From an uncultured Deinococcaceae bacterium (GTDB lineage: Bacteria > Deinococcota > Deinococci > Deinococcales > Deinococcaceae): DNA of 64,000 nt. A program made the position numbers and the translations under genes. The DNA is taken from positions 33,740 through 97,739 of the forward strand of contig CAXULY010000018.1 of NCBI GenBank assembly GCA_964252075.1, read 5' to 3'. The first letter of the stretch is position 1. The number at the start of each line of letters is the position of its first letter. Below are positions 16,513-25,254 of this stretch, in pieces. The notes beneath the pieces were generated by a model, which was not told the DNA's origin, did not search any database, and saw only the letters and a program-made list of their open reading frames with translations.

Positions 16513-17474
16513 CGGCCCGCCGCGCACTCCCCAGCCCCCTGTGGCGCGGTTGGGCGCTGTGCCTGCTGGCCGCCGTGCTGCTCGCGGTGGCGGTCATGGT
16601 CGTGCGGCCCTTCGAGGCGGCGGGCGCCGTGCCGGACGGCAGCAAGTGGCTGGCCCTCGCGCTCACGCTCGCGGGCGTGGTGGTGGGCGTGTTCGGGGTG
16701 GGTGGGGTCGCGGCGCGCACGCGCGGCCTCACGCCCGCCCTGCTGGTCCTGGTGCTGTTCCTGCTGGCCGCCGAGGCCACCCTGCGGGCCTTCGCGGTGC
16801 CGCCCGGCCTGATCCCCACGCCCAGCCGCATCTGGTCCGCGCTGCTCCTCACGCGCGCGGTGCTGCTGCAGGACGCCTTCGTGACCTTCGTGCAGGAGAC
16901 CCTCACGGGATACATCGGTGGCAGCGTGGTCGGCGTGGTCCTCGCGGTGCTGCTGGTGCGCTTCCGCTTCCTGGAGCGCGGCCTGATGCCCTACGCGGCG
17001 CTCGCCTCCAGCATCCCCATCGTGGCGCTCGCGCCCGTGGTCGTGAAGGCCTACGGGCTGGAGTGGCCCAGCAAGGCCATCATCGTGGGCATCACGGTGT
17101 TCTTCCCGGTGCTCGTGAACGTCGTGCGCGGCCTGCAGAGCGCCAACCCCATGCACCTCGACCTCATGCGCACCTACGCCGTCGGCCCCGCGCGCACCTT
17201 CACGCTCGTGCGGCTGCCCGCCAGCGTGCCGTTCCTGTTCAACGCCCTCAAGGTCGCCAGCACCCTCGCCATGATCGGCGCGATTGTCGGCGAGTTCTTC
17301 GGCACCACCGGCCACGGCCTGGGGTTCCGCATTCAGATCGAGGCGGGGCGCTTCAACCTCGACATCGTGTGGGCGGCCATCGTGTTCGCGTCCGTGATCG
17401 GCATCGCCTTCTACGCCCTCGTCAGCTGGCTGGAAACGCGCGTGCAGGGCGCCGGAGCGCGCGCCCACGCCTGA
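16488..17474 (+). CDS. ABC transporter permease (NitT/TauT family)
   Basis: IPTPSRI, SIPIVALAP, VRLPASVPFLFNALK, GAIVGEF; start at ATG 16488 inside the longer ORF. Confidence 0.92.
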   Translation: MASRTAEVTARRALPSPLWRGWALCLLAAVLLAVAVMVVRPFEAAGAVPDGSKWLALALTLAGVVVGVFGVGGVAARTRGLTPALLVLVLFLLAAEATLRAFAVPPGLIPTPSRIWSALLLTRAVLLQDAFVTFVQETLTGYIGGSVVGVVLAVLLVRFRFLERGLMPYAALASSIPIVALAPVVVKAYGLEWPSKAIIVGITVFFPVLVNVVRGLQSANPMHLDLMRTYAVGPARTFTLVRLPASVPFLFNALKVASTLAMIGAIVGEFFGTTGHGLGFRIQIEAGRFNLDIVWAAIVFASVIGIAFYALVSWLETRVQGAGARAHA

Positions 17475-17505
17475 AGTGGTCCCTCACCCCCATTCGGAGG
17501 AAACA

Positions 17506-18555
17506 ATGAAGAAAGCCCTTGTGCTCGCCAGCCTGCTGCTCGTGTCCGCCGCGTCCGCCCAGAAGCTCGTGCCCGTGAAGCTGCAACTCAAGTGGTTCCC
17601 GCAGGCGCAGTTCGCGGGCTTCTTCGTGGCGCAGGCCAAAGGCTACTTCAAAGCCGAGGGCCTCGACGTGCAGCTCCTGCCCATCGGCGACCAGAGCCCC
17701 ATCCAGACCGTCGCCACCGGCACCGCGGACTTCGGCACCACCTGGATCACTGACCTGCTCACCGCACGCCAGCAGGGCCTGCCGGTCGTGCACATCGCGC
17801 AGATCTTCCAGAAGAGCGGCTACACCCTGGTGGCGCTCAAGAACAAGAACATCGCTGGACCCGCGAACTTCAAGGGCCTGCGCATCGGCGTGTGGCCCGC
17901 CGGGAACGAGTACCCCGCCGTCGCCCTCCTCAAGAAGTACGGCCTCACCAGCAGCCTGGACTCCAGCGTCGCGAACCCCAGCGTGCAGGCCGTCACGTAC
18001 CCCTTCGACCCCAGCCTCGTGTTCCCCGACAAGGTGGACCTCGTGTCCGCCATGACGTACAACGAGGTGGACCAGATTCAGGGCCTCGGGTACAGCATGG
18101 ACAAACTCAAGATCTTCAAGATGTCCGACTACGGCGTGAACCTCCTCGAAGACCTGATGTTCACCACGCAGCGCGTGCTGGACGACAAGAACTTCAAGGG
18201 CAGCGGCCTGAGCGGCAAGGAAGTCGCCGCGCGCCTCGTGCGCGCCAGCCTCAAGGGCTGGGATTACGCCGTGAAGAACCAGGCGGAAGCCGTGAGCATC
18301 GTGCTGCCCCTGTGCGGCAACACCTGCAAGGGCAGCGGCACCCGCAGTGACGCCAAGGAACACCAGACGTGGCAGATGCGTGAGGTCGCCAAGCTGTACA
18401 ACGCCGGACCCACCCTCAAGGGGCAGGCGGGCTACCTGGACCCCGCGACGTACAAGGCGAACGTGACCCTCCTGAAGTCCCTCGGCATCCTGAAGGCGGA
18501 CCCCACGGCGGGCGCGGTGGACACCAGCGTGTGGCAGATGGCCATGAAGAAGTGA
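17506..18555 (+). CDS. ABC substrate-binding protein (NMT1/THI5-like, pyrimidine)
   Basis: Signal peptide; LQLKWFPQAQFAGFFVAQAKGYF, SAMTYNE; GGAGG RBS. Confidence 0.9.
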   Translation: MKKALVLASLLLVSAASAQKLVPVKLQLKWFPQAQFAGFFVAQAKGYFKAEGLDVQLLPIGDQSPIQTVATGTADFGTTWITDLLTARQQGLPVVHIAQIFQKSGYTLVALKNKNIAGPANFKGLRIGVWPAGNEYPAVALLKKYGLTSSLDSSVANPSVQAVTYPFDPSLVFPDKVDLVSAMTYNEVDQIQGLGYSMDKLKIFKMSDYGVNLLEDLMFTTQRVLDDKNFKGSGLSGKEVAARLVRASLKGWDYAVKNQAEAVSIVLPLCGNTCKGSGTRSDAKEHQTWQMREVAKLYNAGPTLKGQAGYLDPATYKANVTLLKSLGILKADPTAGAVDTSVWQMAMKK

Positions 18556-18557
18556 GG

Positions 18558-18599
18558 ACAAAGGGGGCGGCGGGTCACGGGGTCCGCCGCCCCCTTGTC
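18558..18599. terminator. Hairpin between the convergent SBP gene and the small antisense gene
   Basis: GACAA-GGGGGCGGCGG...CCGCCGCCCCC-TTGTC. Confidence 0.6.
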
Positions 18600-18766
18600 A
18601 GCTCGACCAGCCGTTCCGGGCGCTTTGGGCCGTTCAGTTCCTCAAGAAGTTCGTGGGGATAGACCGGAAATGGTTCACCCCACCAGCGCTTCGTTTTGGT
18701 GTTCCACACCCGCCAGCCCGTTCCCGGAACCGCTTTCGCGACGTACCGACGCTTTTCTTTTCCCAC
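18575..18766 (-). CDS. 63-aa basic, Trp-rich small hypothetical protein, antisense to the operon
   Basis: MGKEKRRYVAKAVPGTGWRVWNTKTKRWWGEPFPVYPHELLEELNGPKRPERLVELTR; TATCGT -10 box 6 nt before GTG; fills an otherwise empty gap. Confidence 0.65.
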   Translation of the reverse strand: MGKEKRRYVAKAVPGTGWRVWNTKTKRWWGEPFPVYPHELLEELNGPKRPERLVELTRGRRTP

Positions 18767-18833
18767 CGTTGCACGATAGAGGGGCAGTCCTTGCCCCTGC
18801 ATCGTCACGCTGGCATACATCTGAAGGAGGTCC

Positions 18834-20066
18834 ATGACCCTCGACCCAGAGCGAACCCTCCGCGAACTCAAGGAACTGCGCGACCTGACGGGCGACGAGC
18901 ACGGCGCGCAACGCGTGGCCTTCACGGACGTGTGGGTGCGCACCCGCGCGTGGCTGAAGGACAAACTCGCGGCGCTGCCCGTGGAGGTGCACGAGGACCC
19001 CGCCGGGAACCTCTGGGCGACCCTGAAGGGCCAGGGGGAGCGCGCCCTGGTCATCGGGGGGCACATGGACAGCGTGCCGAACGGCGGGTGGCTGGACGGC
19101 TGCCTGAACGTCCTGGCGGGCCTGGAGATCCTGCGGCGATTTACGGCGCAGGGCGCGCCTCCCGTCACGGTGCGGCTCGTGGACTGGGCGGACGAGGAGG
19201 GCGCGCGCTTCGGGCGCAGCCTGTACGGGTCGAGCGCCGCGAGCGGGCACCTCGATGTGGCCGAGATGGCGAAGCTGAAGGACCGGGACGGCGTGACCCT
19301 CACGGACGCGCTCGCGCGGGTGGGCGTGACGCTCGCGGACGCACCGAAAGCGCGGGATGAACTGCGCAACGCGGGCGCGTACATCGAGTTGCACATCGAG
19401 CAGGGACCGGTGCTGGAGGGCCTGGACCTGCCGCTCGGCGCGGTGCTGGGCACGGTGGGCGTGGAGCGGCACACCCTCACCTTCCACGGGCAGGCGGCGC
19501 ACAGCGGCAGCACCCCCATGAACCGCCGCAAAGACGCGCTGCTGGCCGCCGCGAAGCTCGCGCAGGAGATCTACGTGATCGCGGAGCGGCACGCGGGCGT
19601 GTGCACCATCGGCAGCGTGAAGACCCTGCCGGGCATCGTGACGAGCGTCGTGGAGACCTGCGAGGTCACGCTGGATCAGCGGCACCTGGACGCGGAGCAC
19701 CTCGCGGCGATGTGGCGGGAGGCGCAGGAGGCCGCGCAGCGCTTCGCGCAGGAGGGCGGCTGCACGGTGGACTTCGGATACCTGTGGAACATTGAGCCCA
19801 TCCCCTTCCACCCGGAACTCATTGACGCGGCGGAGGCGGCGATCCTGGAGACCGTGCCGAGCGCGCATCGCCTGCCGAGCGGCCCCTTGCACGACGCGGC
19901 GGAGGTCGCGCGGGCGGGCGTGCCGACCGTGATGATGTTCGTGCAGAGCCTGCGCGGCATCAGCCACAACAAGATCGAGGACACGAAAGAGGAGCACATC
20001 CTGCAGAGCGTGGAGGCCTTCGACAAGCTCGCGGACCGGGCGGTGGCCTGGCTGGCGGGGCGGTAG
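18834..20066 (+). CDS. Zn-dependent hydantoinase/carbamoylase-family amidase (beta-ureidopropionase, M20)
   Basis: GGHMDSVPNGGWLDG, DEEGARF, ELHIEQGPVLE, GQAAHSGSTPM, SGPLHDA, GISHN; AAGGAGG RBS. Confidence 0.92.
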   Translation: MTLDPERTLRELKELRDLTGDEHGAQRVAFTDVWVRTRAWLKDKLAALPVEVHEDPAGNLWATLKGQGERALVIGGHMDSVPNGGWLDGCLNVLAGLEILRRFTAQGAPPVTVRLVDWADEEGARFGRSLYGSSAASGHLDVAEMAKLKDRDGVTLTDALARVGVTLADAPKARDELRNAGAYIELHIEQGPVLEGLDLPLGAVLGTVGVERHTLTFHGQAAHSGSTPMNRRKDALLAAAKLAQEIYVIAERHAGVCTIGSVKTLPGIVTSVVETCEVTLDQRHLDAEHLAAMWREAQEAAQRFAQEGGCTVDFGYLWNIEPIPFHPELIDAAEAAILETVPSAHRLPSGPLHDAAEVARAGVPTVMMFVQSLRGISHNKIEDTKEEHILQSVEAFDKLADRAVAWLAGR

Positions 20067-20072
20067 AGGGTC

Positions 20073-20873
20073 ATGACCCCCACCCCGTACCCGGACCTGA
20101 ACGACGTGCTGGCGCGACTCGCGAGCGGCGCGCAGATGGTGCTGGGCGGGGACTTCGTGGGGGCGTACCTGCAGGGGTCCTTCGCGGTGGGGGACGCGGA
20201 GGAGGGCAGCGACGTGGACTTCCTCGTCGTGACGCGCGAGCTACTGACACCTGACCAGGAAAGGCAAGTGCAGGACCTGCAGCGCGCGCTGTTCGACCTG
20301 TCCTCGCCGTGGGCGCGGCACCTGGAGGGCTCGTACTTCCCGGCGGACCTGCTGCGCCCCCCGGACCCGAGCCGCACGCCTCTCCCCTATTTCGACAATG
20401 GCAGCCGCGACCTCCAGCACTCCGACCACGACAACACGCTGGTGGTGCGCTGGGTCACGCGCAAGCATGGCGTGACGCTCGCCGGGCCGCCGCCAAAGGA
20501 GCTGATTGACCCTGTGTCCGCCGATGATCTTCGTGCCGAGGTGCGCGAGACCCTGCGTGAGTGGGGCGCGGCGCTGCTGGCAGACCCGGACGGCCTGAAC
20601 AACGGGTGGCGGCAGCCGTATGTGGCGCTCAGTTACGCGCGCATGCTGCACACGCTCGACACGGGCGCGGTGCATTCCAAGAAGGCCGCCGTGGACTGGG
20701 CACGCGACCAACTCGACGCTCGCTGGTCGCCGCTGCTGGAGCGCGCGTGGGCGCAGCACCGCGGGCAGTTCGCGCGCGTGGGCCAGCCCGCCGACCCCAC
20801 GGACCTCGCGCTCACGCAGGACTTCATCCGTTTTGCCCTAGAGGGGACACCCCATGCTGCCGACCCTCGCTGA
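20073..20873 (+). CDS. Nucleotidyltransferase, AadA/DUF4111-like
   Basis: YLQGSFAVGD...SDVDFLVV Pol-beta motif; LEGSY; C-terminal SKKAAVDWA. Confidence 0.8.
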   Translation: MTPTPYPDLNDVLARLASGAQMVLGGDFVGAYLQGSFAVGDAEEGSDVDFLVVTRELLTPDQERQVQDLQRALFDLSSPWARHLEGSYFPADLLRPPDPSRTPLPYFDNGSRDLQHSDHDNTLVVRWVTRKHGVTLAGPPPKELIDPVSADDLRAEVRETLREWGAALLADPDGLNNGWRQPYVALSYARMLHTLDTGAVHSKKAAVDWARDQLDARWSPLLERAWAQHRGQFARVGQPADPTDLALTQDFIRFALEGTPHAADPR

Positions 20874-21609
20874 GCTTCTGGACCTGCCCGCGTGGCGGGG
20901 CGCGCAGGTGCTGTCCGGGCACGCGCAGCTCGGGCAGGGCGTGACGTGGGTGCACGTCACGGAGGTGCTGGACGCGCACCGCTTCCTGTCTGGCGGTGAG
21001 CTGCTGCTCAGCACGGGCCTGGAACTCTCGCGCGCCGGGTCGGACGCGCGCGGCGCGTACCTGCGCGCGATCGCGGAGGCGGGCGCGCACGGCCTCGTGC
21101 TGGAACTCGTGCAGAGCTGGCGGGAGGTGCCGCCGGACCTCATGGCGGTCGCGCGCCTGCTGGACTTCCCGGTGATCGTGTTCGAGCACGAGGTGCGCTT
21201 TGCGGACCTCACGCGCGACGCGCACGGCCGCATCCTGCGCCCGCACGGCATGGGCGCACACGGCGCCGGGCTGGACGCGGTGCTCGCCGCCCTGAGCGAG
21301 ACGGGGCGCAGCGCGGGCTTCCTCGCGGCGCAGCTGGGGCCGCTGCTGGCCCTCCCGAGTCGCCCGCGCGCGACGCTGCTCGGCACGCTGGACGCGCTGC
21401 TGGGCACGCACCTGAACGTCGCGGAGGCCGCGCGGCTCCTCGGCGTGCGGCGGCAGACGGTGTACTACCGCCTGGAGCAGATCCGCGGGATGCTCGGGGA
21501 CCTCAGTGACCCCAAGCGGCACCTCGCCCTGGCGCTGGCGCTGGAGGTCGCGCGCAGCGGACAGGTGGACACCCTCGCGGGCCTCATGCTGGACCCTGCG
21601 CCCCGGTAA
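20854..21609 (+). CDS. PucR-family transcriptional regulator (short form)
   Basis: VTWVHVTE...FLSGGELLLSTG N-domain; LLGTLDALL..NVAEAARLLGVRRQTVYYRLEQI HTH. Confidence 0.92.
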   Translation: MLPTLAELLDLPAWRGAQVLSGHAQLGQGVTWVHVTEVLDAHRFLSGGELLLSTGLELSRAGSDARGAYLRAIAEAGAHGLVLELVQSWREVPPDLMAVARLLDFPVIVFEHEVRFADLTRDAHGRILRPHGMGAHGAGLDAVLAALSETGRSAGFLAAQLGPLLALPSRPRATLLGTLDALLGTHLNVAEAARLLGVRRQTVYYRLEQIRGMLGDLSDPKRHLALALALEVARSGQVDTLAGLMLDPAPR

Positions 21610-21620
21610 GCCCCTGCCGC

Positions 21621-21636
21621 TTTGGACACCCTGTCT
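21621..21636 (+). promoter_or_regulatory. Second candidate PucR site, upstream of the aminotransferase
   Basis: TTTGGACACCCTGTCT resembles the 10421 palindrome; TAGCAT -10-like hexamer near 21662. Confidence 0.45.
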
Positions 21637-21706
21637 CTTGAGCGGCCCTTCACGCCCGACCTAGCATGGACCTCAAGTCCCACAAGTTCACTTTCGGAGG
21701 TGCCGC

Positions 21707-23041
21707 ATGACGCGCAGCGAAGAGATCATTCAGGCGAACCGCGACTACACCCTCTTCTCGTGGAGCGCCCAGGCGCAGGCGAACCCCATTCATATGGTGG
21801 GCGGCAAGGGCAGCCACTTCTTCGACGGCGACGGGAACACGTGGCTGGATTTCTCCAGTCAGCTCATCAACATCAACGTGGGGCACCAGCACCCGAAGGT
21901 CCTGCAGGCCATCAAGGACCAGGTGGATCAGATGTGCTTCGCCGGGCCGAGTTTCGCGACGGACGTGCGCGCCGAGCTGGGCAAGAAGCTCGCGGAGGTG
22001 ACGGGCCTCGCGAAGAGCTTCTTCACGCTGGGCGGCAGCGAGGCGAACGAGAACGCCATCAAGATGGCGAAGCTGTACACGGGCCGCGACAAGATCATCA
22101 CCCGCTACCGCAGTTACCACGGCGCGACGATGGGCAGCATGAGCGCCTCGGGCGACCCCCGGCGCTGGCCGGTCGAGCCGGGCATTCCCGGCATTGTGCG
22201 GGTGTTCGACCCGTACATGTACCGCCCCCCCATGGGCGGCAGCGCGGAGGAGTGGGAGGACGGCTGCATCACGCACATCGAGGAGGTGATTCAGCTGGAG
22301 GGGCCGCACACCATCGCGGCGATGCTGGTGGAGGGCATCACGGGCAGCAACGGCCTGCTGATCCCTCCGGACAGCTACTACCCGCGCCTGCGCGCCCTGC
22401 TCGACAAGTACGGCATCCTCCTGATTGACGACGAGGTGATGAGCGGCTTCGGACGCACCGGGAAGTGGCTCGCCACGCAGCACTACGGCATCGTGCCGGA
22501 CATCGTGACGTGCGCGAAGGGCCTCACCAGCGGGTACATGCCGCTGGGTGCCGTAATCGTGAACCAGAAGATCGCGGATTACTTCGAGAACCACTTCCTG
22601 GCGGGCGGCCTCACGTACAGCGGGCACCCCGTGAGCCTCGCGGCGGCCATCGCGAACCTGAAGGTGTACGAGGAGGAGCACCTCTTCGAGCACACCCTGG
22701 AGATGGGCAAGCACCTGGGCGAGCGCCTGGAAGCCATGAAGCGCAAGTACGCCTGCGTGGGCGACGTGCGCTACATCGGGCTCTTCAGCGTGCTGGAACT
22801 CGTGAAGGACAAGGCCACGAAGGAGCCGCTCGCGCCCTTCAACGGCACCTCGCCCGAAATGCAGCGGCTCGCCGCGCACATCAAGAGCCGGTTCGTATAC
22901 GCGTACAGCCGCTTCAACTTCCTGTGGGTGTGCCCGCCGCTGGTCGTGACGAAAGAAGAGCTGGATCACGGCCTGGACGTGTACGAGGAGGCACTCGCGC
23001 TGGTGGACGAGATGATCGGCGCGCCCGTCGCGGCAGACTAG
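21707..23041 (+). CDS. Class III aminotransferase (beta-alanine/taurine:pyruvate type)
   Basis: LDFSSQL, GGSEANENAIK, SYHGAT, DEVMSGFGRTG, DIVTCAKGLTSG (PLP Lys). Confidence 0.9.
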   Translation: MTRSEEIIQANRDYTLFSWSAQAQANPIHMVGGKGSHFFDGDGNTWLDFSSQLININVGHQHPKVLQAIKDQVDQMCFAGPSFATDVRAELGKKLAEVTGLAKSFFTLGGSEANENAIKMAKLYTGRDKIITRYRSYHGATMGSMSASGDPRRWPVEPGIPGIVRVFDPYMYRPPMGGSAEEWEDGCITHIEEVIQLEGPHTIAAMLVEGITGSNGLLIPPDSYYPRLRALLDKYGILLIDDEVMSGFGRTGKWLATQHYGIVPDIVTCAKGLTSGYMPLGAVIVNQKIADYFENHFLAGGLTYSGHPVSLAAAIANLKVYEEEHLFEHTLEMGKHLGERLEAMKRKYACVGDVRYIGLFSVLELVKDKATKEPLAPFNGTSPEMQRLAAHIKSRFVYAYSRFNFLWVCPPLVVTKEELDHGLDVYEEALALVDEMIGAPVAAD

Positions 23042-23103
23042 CTGGACGTCGTGCCCACCGCGCGGCCCGCACCTCACCCCATCCCCTCAAGGAGCCCACA
23101 CCC

Positions 23104-24611
23104 ATGACCGATACGATTTCCCGCCCCGCCACCATCAGCCACTGGATCGGGGGGCAGCTGGTGCCCGGCACGTCCGGGCGCACGTCTCCGGTGTTCAACC
23201 CCGCGACGGGGGCGGTGCAGGCGGACCTGCAGCTCGCGAGCGTGGAGGAACTGGACCGCGCGGTGGCCGTGGCAAGGCGGCGTTCCCCGCGTGGCGCGCG
23301 ACGGCCCTGTCGAAGCGCGCGGACATCATGTTCCGCTTCCGGGCGCTGCTGGACGCGCGGCGCGATGAGCTGGCGCGCATCCTGACGCGCGAGCACGGGA
23401 AGGTGCACGCGGACGCGCTGGGCGAGATCGCGCGCGGCATCGAGAACGTGGAGTTCGCGTGCGGCGTGCCGCAGCTCCTGAAGGGCGGGTACAGCGAGGG
23501 CGCGTCGCGCGGGGTGGACGTGTACTCCATCCGTCAGCCGCTGGGGGTGGTGGCGGGCATCACGCCCTTCAACTTCCCCGCGATGGTGCCCCTGTGGATG
23601 CTGGCGAACGCGCTGGCGTGCGGGAACACCTTCATCCTGAAGCCCAGCGAGAAGGACCCGAGCGCGAGTTTGTTCCTGGCGGCGCTGCTGAAGGAGGCGG
23701 GCCTGCCGGGCGGCGTGCTGAACGTGGTGCAGGGCGACAAGCTGGCGGTGGACCGCCTGCTGGAGCACCCGGACATCGCGGCGGTGAGCTTCGTGGGCAG
23801 CACGCCGATTGCCCGGTACGTGTACGAGACGGGCACCAGGAACGGGAAGCGCGTGCAGGCGCTGGGCGGCGCGAAGAACCACATGGTGGTGCTGCCCGAC
23901 GCGGACCTGGACATGGCGGCGGACGCGGCGGTGAGCGCCGGGTACGGCAGCGCGGGCGAGCGCTGCATGGCGATCGCGGTGGTGGTGGCGGTCGGGGACA
24001 TCGCGGACCCGCTGGTGGAGGCCATTCAGGCGCGCCTCCCCAACCTGAAGGTGGGCCCCGGTGACCAGCCGGAGAACGAGATGGGGCCGCTCATCTCGCG
24101 CGAGCACCGCGACAAGGTGGCGGGCTATGTGGCGGGCGCCGAGGCGGAGGGCGCGACCGTGGTGGTGGATGGCCGCGACAGCGGCGTGCCGGGCGACGGC
24201 TTCTTCCTGAAGCCCAGCCTGCTGGACCACACGGCGCCCGGCATGAAGTGCTACGACGACGAGATCTTCGGGCCGGTGCTGTCCGTGGCGCGCGTGGGCA
24301 GCTACGAGGAGGCCCTGAACCTCGTGAACAGCAACCCGTACGGGAACGGCACGGCCATCTTCACGCGCGACGGCGGCGCGGCGCGGCAGTTCCAGTTCGA
24401 CGTGGAGGTCGGCATGGTGGGCGTGAACGTGCCCATCCCGGTGCCCGTCGCGTACTACTCCTTCGGCGGGTGGAAGGCCAGCCTGTTCGGGGACACGCAC
24501 ATGTACGGCCCGGAAGGCGTGCAGTTCTACACGCGCGCGAAGGTCGTGACGAGCCGCTGGCCGGACCCCGGCACCAGCAGCGTGGACCTGGGCTTCCCCA
24601 AAACGCACTGA
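23104..24611 (+). pseudogene. mmsA: CoA-acylating (methyl)malonate-semialdehyde dehydrogenase with a 1-bp frameshift near 23273 (true pseudogene or sequence error)
   Basis: N-terminus SHWIGG...VFNPATG in one frame; AFPAWR...ITPFNFPAMVP, KPSEKDP, GERCMA, EIFGPV in the next; restoring one base gives AVAVAKAAFPAW. Confidence 0.85.
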
Positions 24612-24617
24612 GGGCAG

Positions 24618-24657
24618 AGGGGAGGGGGAGGCCGTGGCGGCCTCCCCCTCCCCTTTT
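24618..24657. terminator. Intrinsic terminator between convergent mmsA and bioY
   Basis: AGGGGAGGGGGAGGCC...GGCCTCCCCCTCCCCT followed by TTT. Confidence 0.8.
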
Positions 24658-24670
24658 CGTACCCGCGTGC

Positions 24671-25252
24671 TCAGCGGCGCCCGAGCAGCGCCCACGCGCC
24701 CGGCAGCAGCCCGGCGGCGAGCAGGAGCTTCACGAGGTCGCCCAGCAGGAAAGGCGTGAGGCCCGCCGCCATGAGCGCCCCGCCGTGCAGGTGCGTGACC
24801 TGCGACAGCCACGGCAGGCCCACCGCGTAGATGGCCGCGTTGCCCGCCAGCATGGCGAGCGCGGTGCCCCACGGCGTGCGGTCCAGCGCGAGGCGCTCGG
24901 TGAGGAGACCGACCAGCGCGGCGGCCAGCACGAAGCCCGCAAGGTACCCGCCCGTCGGCCCGACCAGCGTCGCGAAGCCCGCGCCACCGCCGGAGAACAC
25001 CGGCAGACCGAGCGCGCCCGCGAGGATGTAGGTCAGCACCGCGATCGCGCCGCGCCGCCAGCCGAGGCCCGCGCCGACCAGCAGCACCGTGAGGGTCTGC
25101 AGGGTGATGGGCACGGGCTTCAGGGGAATCTCGACCTGCGAGAGCAGCGCGATGAGGGCCGCACCGCCCAGCACCAGGGCGAGGTCGCGCCACAGACCGG
25201 ATTGCGGCAGGGCGCGCTGGGAGAGGGTGGGGTGGGTCAGGGTTTTCTGCAT
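24671..25252 (-). CDS. bioY: Biotin transporter BioY
   Basis: PVPITLQTL, GALGLPVFSGG, GPTGGYLAGF, PFLLGDLVK; GGAGG RBS. Confidence 0.95.
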   Translation of the reverse strand: MQKTLTHPTLSQRALPQSGLWRDLALVLGGAALIALLSQVEIPLKPVPITLQTLTVLLVGAGLGWRRGAIAVLTYILAGALGLPVFSGGGAGFATLVGPTGGYLAGFVLAAALVGLLTERLALDRTPWGTALAMLAGNAAIYAVGLPWLSQVTHLHGGALMAAGLTPFLLGDLVKLLLAAGLLPGAWALLGRR

Positions 25253-25254
25253 GT

